Positions 61,224 through 64,000 of a stretch of DNA of 64,000 nucleotides are shown here, piece by piece; within the stretch, counting starts at the first letter, position 1, and each line of letters starts with the position of its first letter. The stretch is from the NCBI GenBank assembly GCA_963717515.1, contig OY970338.1, positions 916,861 through 980,860 of the forward strand, given 5' to 3'. The DNA is from an uncultured Candidatus Woesearchaeota archaeon (GTDB lineage: Archaea > Nanobdellota > Nanobdellia > Woesearchaeales > DSVV01). The notes below the pieces were generated by a model that was given only the letters and a program-made list of their open reading frames with translations, was not told the DNA's origin and made no database searches. The position numbers were made by a program, and so were the translations under genes.

Positions 61224-63569
61224 TCAGCACCCGACTTTCCACTCGGCAATTGCAATCATAAGCTCATGGATTCCCACATCGCCGGATTTCCAGCCTGAGA
61301 TATATTGGATAAGTTCATCAGTCGATACAACACCGTCGGCAGGATCAGAATCTGCATCTGAACTGCATGCCGGACCAGCCCCCTGATAGAACAGATCCGA
61401 TATCTCTGATGAGGAAAGTGCCCTGTTGTAGATACGGACATCGTCGATCCTGCCTTCAAACTCATGATGAGGTGAAAGCAGACCCCCTATGAATACATGT
61501 GATGTGGTGTCATCAATAAAAGTTCCCGCGCCGGTGTCATCTGTGTCATCTATCCCGTCCAGATAAAATCTTGTTGTCTGATCATCATAGACGAATACGA
61601 CATGATACCACTTCCCTGCAGCCAGGGCCGTGCTGCCATGGGCTTCGGACCACCCGTTCCCATTCTCCACGCATATCCTGTCATCAGTGCAGACTTCAAA
61701 GATAAACCCCTTGCCGTTCACTGTTTTCTGTACCGTCCCTTCATAGTGGCCCAGCGCCGAAGGCAATGTGTCAAGATTGACCCATGCCGCTATGGACATG
61801 CTTCCGCTGGCAATGAAGTCCAGAGAGGGATCATTCCCGGCATCGACATAATCATCGACACCATCAAAGCTTAATGCATGGGTCCCTGTTTTTCCTGTTG
61901 TCCAAGCAGGCCCGTTTTTCAGAATTCCATCATTGCCATTCCCTGATGAGTCATGAGCTAATGTTCCGCTGCCTTCATCCAGGTTCCAGTAGGATATCGG
62001 GTCTGCCTGTGACTGGACAGTACAGGAACTTCCATCCCATGTAAAACCGGCATTGCAGTGGTACTGGCATTTTGTCGTCGTATCTGTCGCTGAAAAAACC
62101 CAAGGTTTGTCCGTAGTCAGGTCAATGCTCTCTTCTGAATCATAAGCAACTGCATCCGATGGGACCTGCCCTGTGCATGAGTATGTCTGCGCAGGGGATG
62201 CCCTGTCCAGGTAGAGGACAGCATCACCTGAAAAAGGCGGGTTGAATGTATGGGAGCTCACTGTCATGGTACCTGATTCGATGATAGAGTTCGTCCTCGG
62301 GTTAAACCATTCGTAATCATAATCGCCGTATTCGACATCAGCTGTGAAGCTCCCTGAGCCGGGCTGGTATATCAGGTATTGCTCGCCGGAGTTTACCAGG
62401 CAGTATCTTGTCGAGCAGTCACTGGATCTTTCAGAAGGAAAAGTGCGGGCAAGGTCCAGTTTTATTGAATATTCCACCGTGCTCCCTAATGCATTCCTGA
62501 TAGGGTCAGTGACAGGATCAATCGACCCATAACATTCAAATGTTGGAACATTTGAATCATAGCAGTCCATGAGGATGGGATTGTTGCCCCTGACAAAAGT
62601 CTTCCATATCCATCGCCTGCCTTCATCAAAATTATCCCACAGCTCAAAATTTCCCCATAGATGGTCCACGTCATTTATTATCACTTTTCCGCTGTACGAT
62701 GCAGGACCCCCTTCTTTGTAGTCGTCTGTGCTTGTTGCTGGCTGTCCCCAGGTCGAAAGTGATGTGGGCGATACCCAATCAGCTGGGCTGTCCAGCACCC
62801 AGTCCAGGTACAGCTGGCCTGACCAGCCGTCTGATGTGATGCCTACCAGGTGTTGAAGCGGTTTGCCTGCCTCATAGGATTTGACATAATCGACCATATC
62901 ATACTGCCAGAAACGGCTCTCGGTGAATTCCGCCTCATTGCCTATCTCCCATATGATGTTGTCAAGGTCATTCAGGGAATCTATCATCTTGTTGACGAAC
63001 TGATGCTGGATTGCAAGCGCTCCAGGGTCGGTAGTATAAAAAGTGTTTCCGTCTGTCGTGCTGAAAGCGTCAGCAAGCTCTGGGTTGATATTGTTATTCG
63101 GGTTCCATGCCATGTTGCTCCAGCCTGATGTGCTCATAGCGATGAGAGAGCCGAAAAACATGACAGAGCAGTATATGCCTCTCTCCTGGAGCTTCTCTAT
63201 CCTTCCATGCAGCATGTCAAAATATGCCTGGTTGTATGATGTCATGTCGAATTTCCCGCCTACCTGGTTCCAGGGCTTCGGGTAATTGTTCGCCCATCCT
63301 GTCCACAGCCTTGTATAGGTATAATTATGCTCCTGCATCCAGTCGAGGAACTCGTCGAACTCCTCGTCAGTCATCTGGGGGTTGTTGTCATTGTAGTGGA
63401 TGTTATACCAGATATGGCTTCCTGCAAGATAAACTATGTTGCCCTGGCTGTCCTGGAAATACCTCGGGTTGTCAGGGCTGACTGTGAGCGGGCCGGATGT
63501 TGGCTCGGCAAATGCCATGGCTGACAAAATAATCAAAAATCCCAGAAAAAGGGCTGCACCTCTTATCAT
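61224..63569 (-). CDS. secreted multidomain glycoside hydrolase-like protein: clan GH-A (DUF4038/GH5-like) domain, collagen-binding-like beta domain, Cys-rich linker, LamG/concanavalin-like domain, and a C-terminal dockerin-like module
   Basis: Signal peptide; VSPDNPRYFQDSQGNIVYLAGSHIW and IWEIGNEAE (catalytic NE); YEWFNPRT...FNPPFSGDAVLYL; LamG WNLDEGSG..DSSGNGNDG...FDGVDDYV...FEGRIDDVRIYNRALS; C-terminal DSDPADGVVSTDELIQYISGWKSGDVGIHELMIAIAEWKVGC. Confidence 0.75.
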   Translation of the reverse strand: MIRGAALFLGFLIILSAMAFAEPTSGPLTVSPDNPRYFQDSQGNIVYLAGSHIWYNIHYNDNNPQMTDEEFDEFLDWMQEHNYTYTRLWTGWANNYPKPWNQVGGKFDMTSYNQAYFDMLHGRIEKLQERGIYCSVMFFGSLIAMSTSGWSNMAWNPNNNINPELADAFSTTDGNTFYTTDPGALAIQHQFVNKMIDSLNDLDNIIWEIGNEAEFTESRFWQYDMVDYVKSYEAGKPLQHLVGITSDGWSGQLYLDWVLDSPADWVSPTSLSTWGQPATSTDDYKEGGPASYSGKVIINDVDHLWGNFELWDNFDEGRRWIWKTFVRGNNPILMDCYDSNVPTFECYGSIDPVTDPIRNALGSTVEYSIKLDLARTFPSERSSDCSTRYCLVNSGEQYLIYQPGSGSFTADVEYGDYDYEWFNPRTNSIIESGTMTVSSHTFNPPFSGDAVLYLDRASPAQTYSCTGQVPSDAVAYDSEESIDLTTDKPWVFSATDTTTKCQYHCNAGFTWDGSSCTVQSQADPISYWNLDEGSGTLAHDSSGNGNDGILKNGPAWTTGKTGTHALSFDGVDDYVDAGNDPSLDFIASGSMSIAAWVNLDTLPSALGHYEGTVQKTVNGKGFIFEVCTDDRICVENGNGWSEAHGSTALAAGKWYHVVFVYDDQTTRFYLDGIDDTDDTGAGTFIDDTTSHVFIGGLLSPHHEFEGRIDDVRIYNRALSSSEISDLFYQGAGPACSSDADSDPADGVVSTDELIQYISGWKSGDVGIHELMIAIAEWKVGC

Positions 63570-63608
63570 ATCCTAATGAGTGGTACAGGTGATATTAATA
63601 ATTATTGC

Positions 63609-64000
63609 TCAGCATCCGCTCTTCCATTCGCCGATCGCCTGCATCAGATCAGATATTCCGACATTGCCTGTTTTCCATTCATTTATATAAGCAATAATTT
63701 CATCAATCTCAACATCCCCATCAGTATCTCTGTCTGCATTTCCACAATAGCTTCCAGAAAAACCTACCAGTTCCATTGTCCTGAATGCATTTGTGTCTGT
63801 GTTGAATTCTCCTGTGCCTTTCCAGAACAGGGAGATGTCAGGATTCCCTCCATCATCATCATTGAGCTGGTATGCAATTCCCATCTGATGATTGTTTGAT
63901 GGAGTGATACCTATAGTCGACCAGGGGATTGCAATTTCCAGAGTATATCCAGATGAAGTTGTCCTCTTCCCTATCTGTATTGTCGAATCCCATCCCTTTG
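63609..64000 (-). CDS. secreted carbohydrate-binding (CBM9-like) protein with a C-terminal dockerin-like module; N-terminus lies beyond the window
   Basis: The frame stays open to the window edge (own translation ..KGWDSTIQIGKRTTSSGYTLEIAIPWSTIGITPSNNHQMGIAYQLNDDD..). GYTLEIAIPW...IG.....NDDD resembles CBM9. The C-terminus is DRDTDGDVEIDEIIAYINEWKTGNVGISDLMQAIGEWKSGC. Confidence 0.65.
   Translation of the reverse strand, partial: KGWDSTIQIGKRTTSSGYTLEIAIPWSTIGITPSNNHQMGIAYQLNDDDGGNPDISLFWKGTGEFNTDTNAFRTMELVGFSGSYCGNADRDTDGDVEIDEIIAYINEWKTGNVGISDLMQAIGEWKSGC

Overview
This is a densely coded 64-kb chromosomal segment from an archaeon. Archaeal markers are Orc1/Cdc6, proteasome beta subunit, aCPSF1 (beta-CASP/KH ribonuclease), RtcB plus archease, an archaellin-type class III signal peptide, AT-rich TATA boxes about 26 nt upstream of many start codons (leaderless-type), and intron-containing tRNA genes. 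Other housekeeping genes include UvrB, SMC, RNase HII, Asd, MsrAB, TsaC/YrdC, TatD and a Ski2-like helicase. There are also many small wHTH regulators, small membrane proteins, secreted or surface proteins and orphan ORFs. Bacterial-type genes (a sigma-70-like factor, a solitary UvrB, CspA, a MacB-type ABC system) plus the many orphans suggest an uncultivated, possibly DPANN-like lineage; this is inference only. I recognise about 80 CDS and 6 tRNA genes (Gly, His, Gln, Ser, Glu, Lys). Three tRNAs carry introns, and tRNA-Gly carries two. I found no rRNA, CRISPR array, integrase or transposase. The most unusual observations are as follows. (1) At two independent tRNA loci (Gly, Ser), the gene is followed by two extra tandem copies of a hairpin-rich unit of about 100 nt, and each unit carries a copy of that tRNA's own 3' end. 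This gives three att-like cores and two units per locus, and tRNA-Ser also has a duplicated 5' end. (2) A bacterial sigma-70-family protein sits in an otherwise archaeal context. (3) Three paralogous, ATGA-coupled two-gene cassettes pair a polytopic membrane protein with a small wHTH protein. (4) A small membrane-protein gene has an in-frame TGA inside its second helix. (5) Adjacent secreted carbohydrate-active proteins share a dockerin-like C-terminal module. All functional calls rest on motif recognition by eye; no database search was run.
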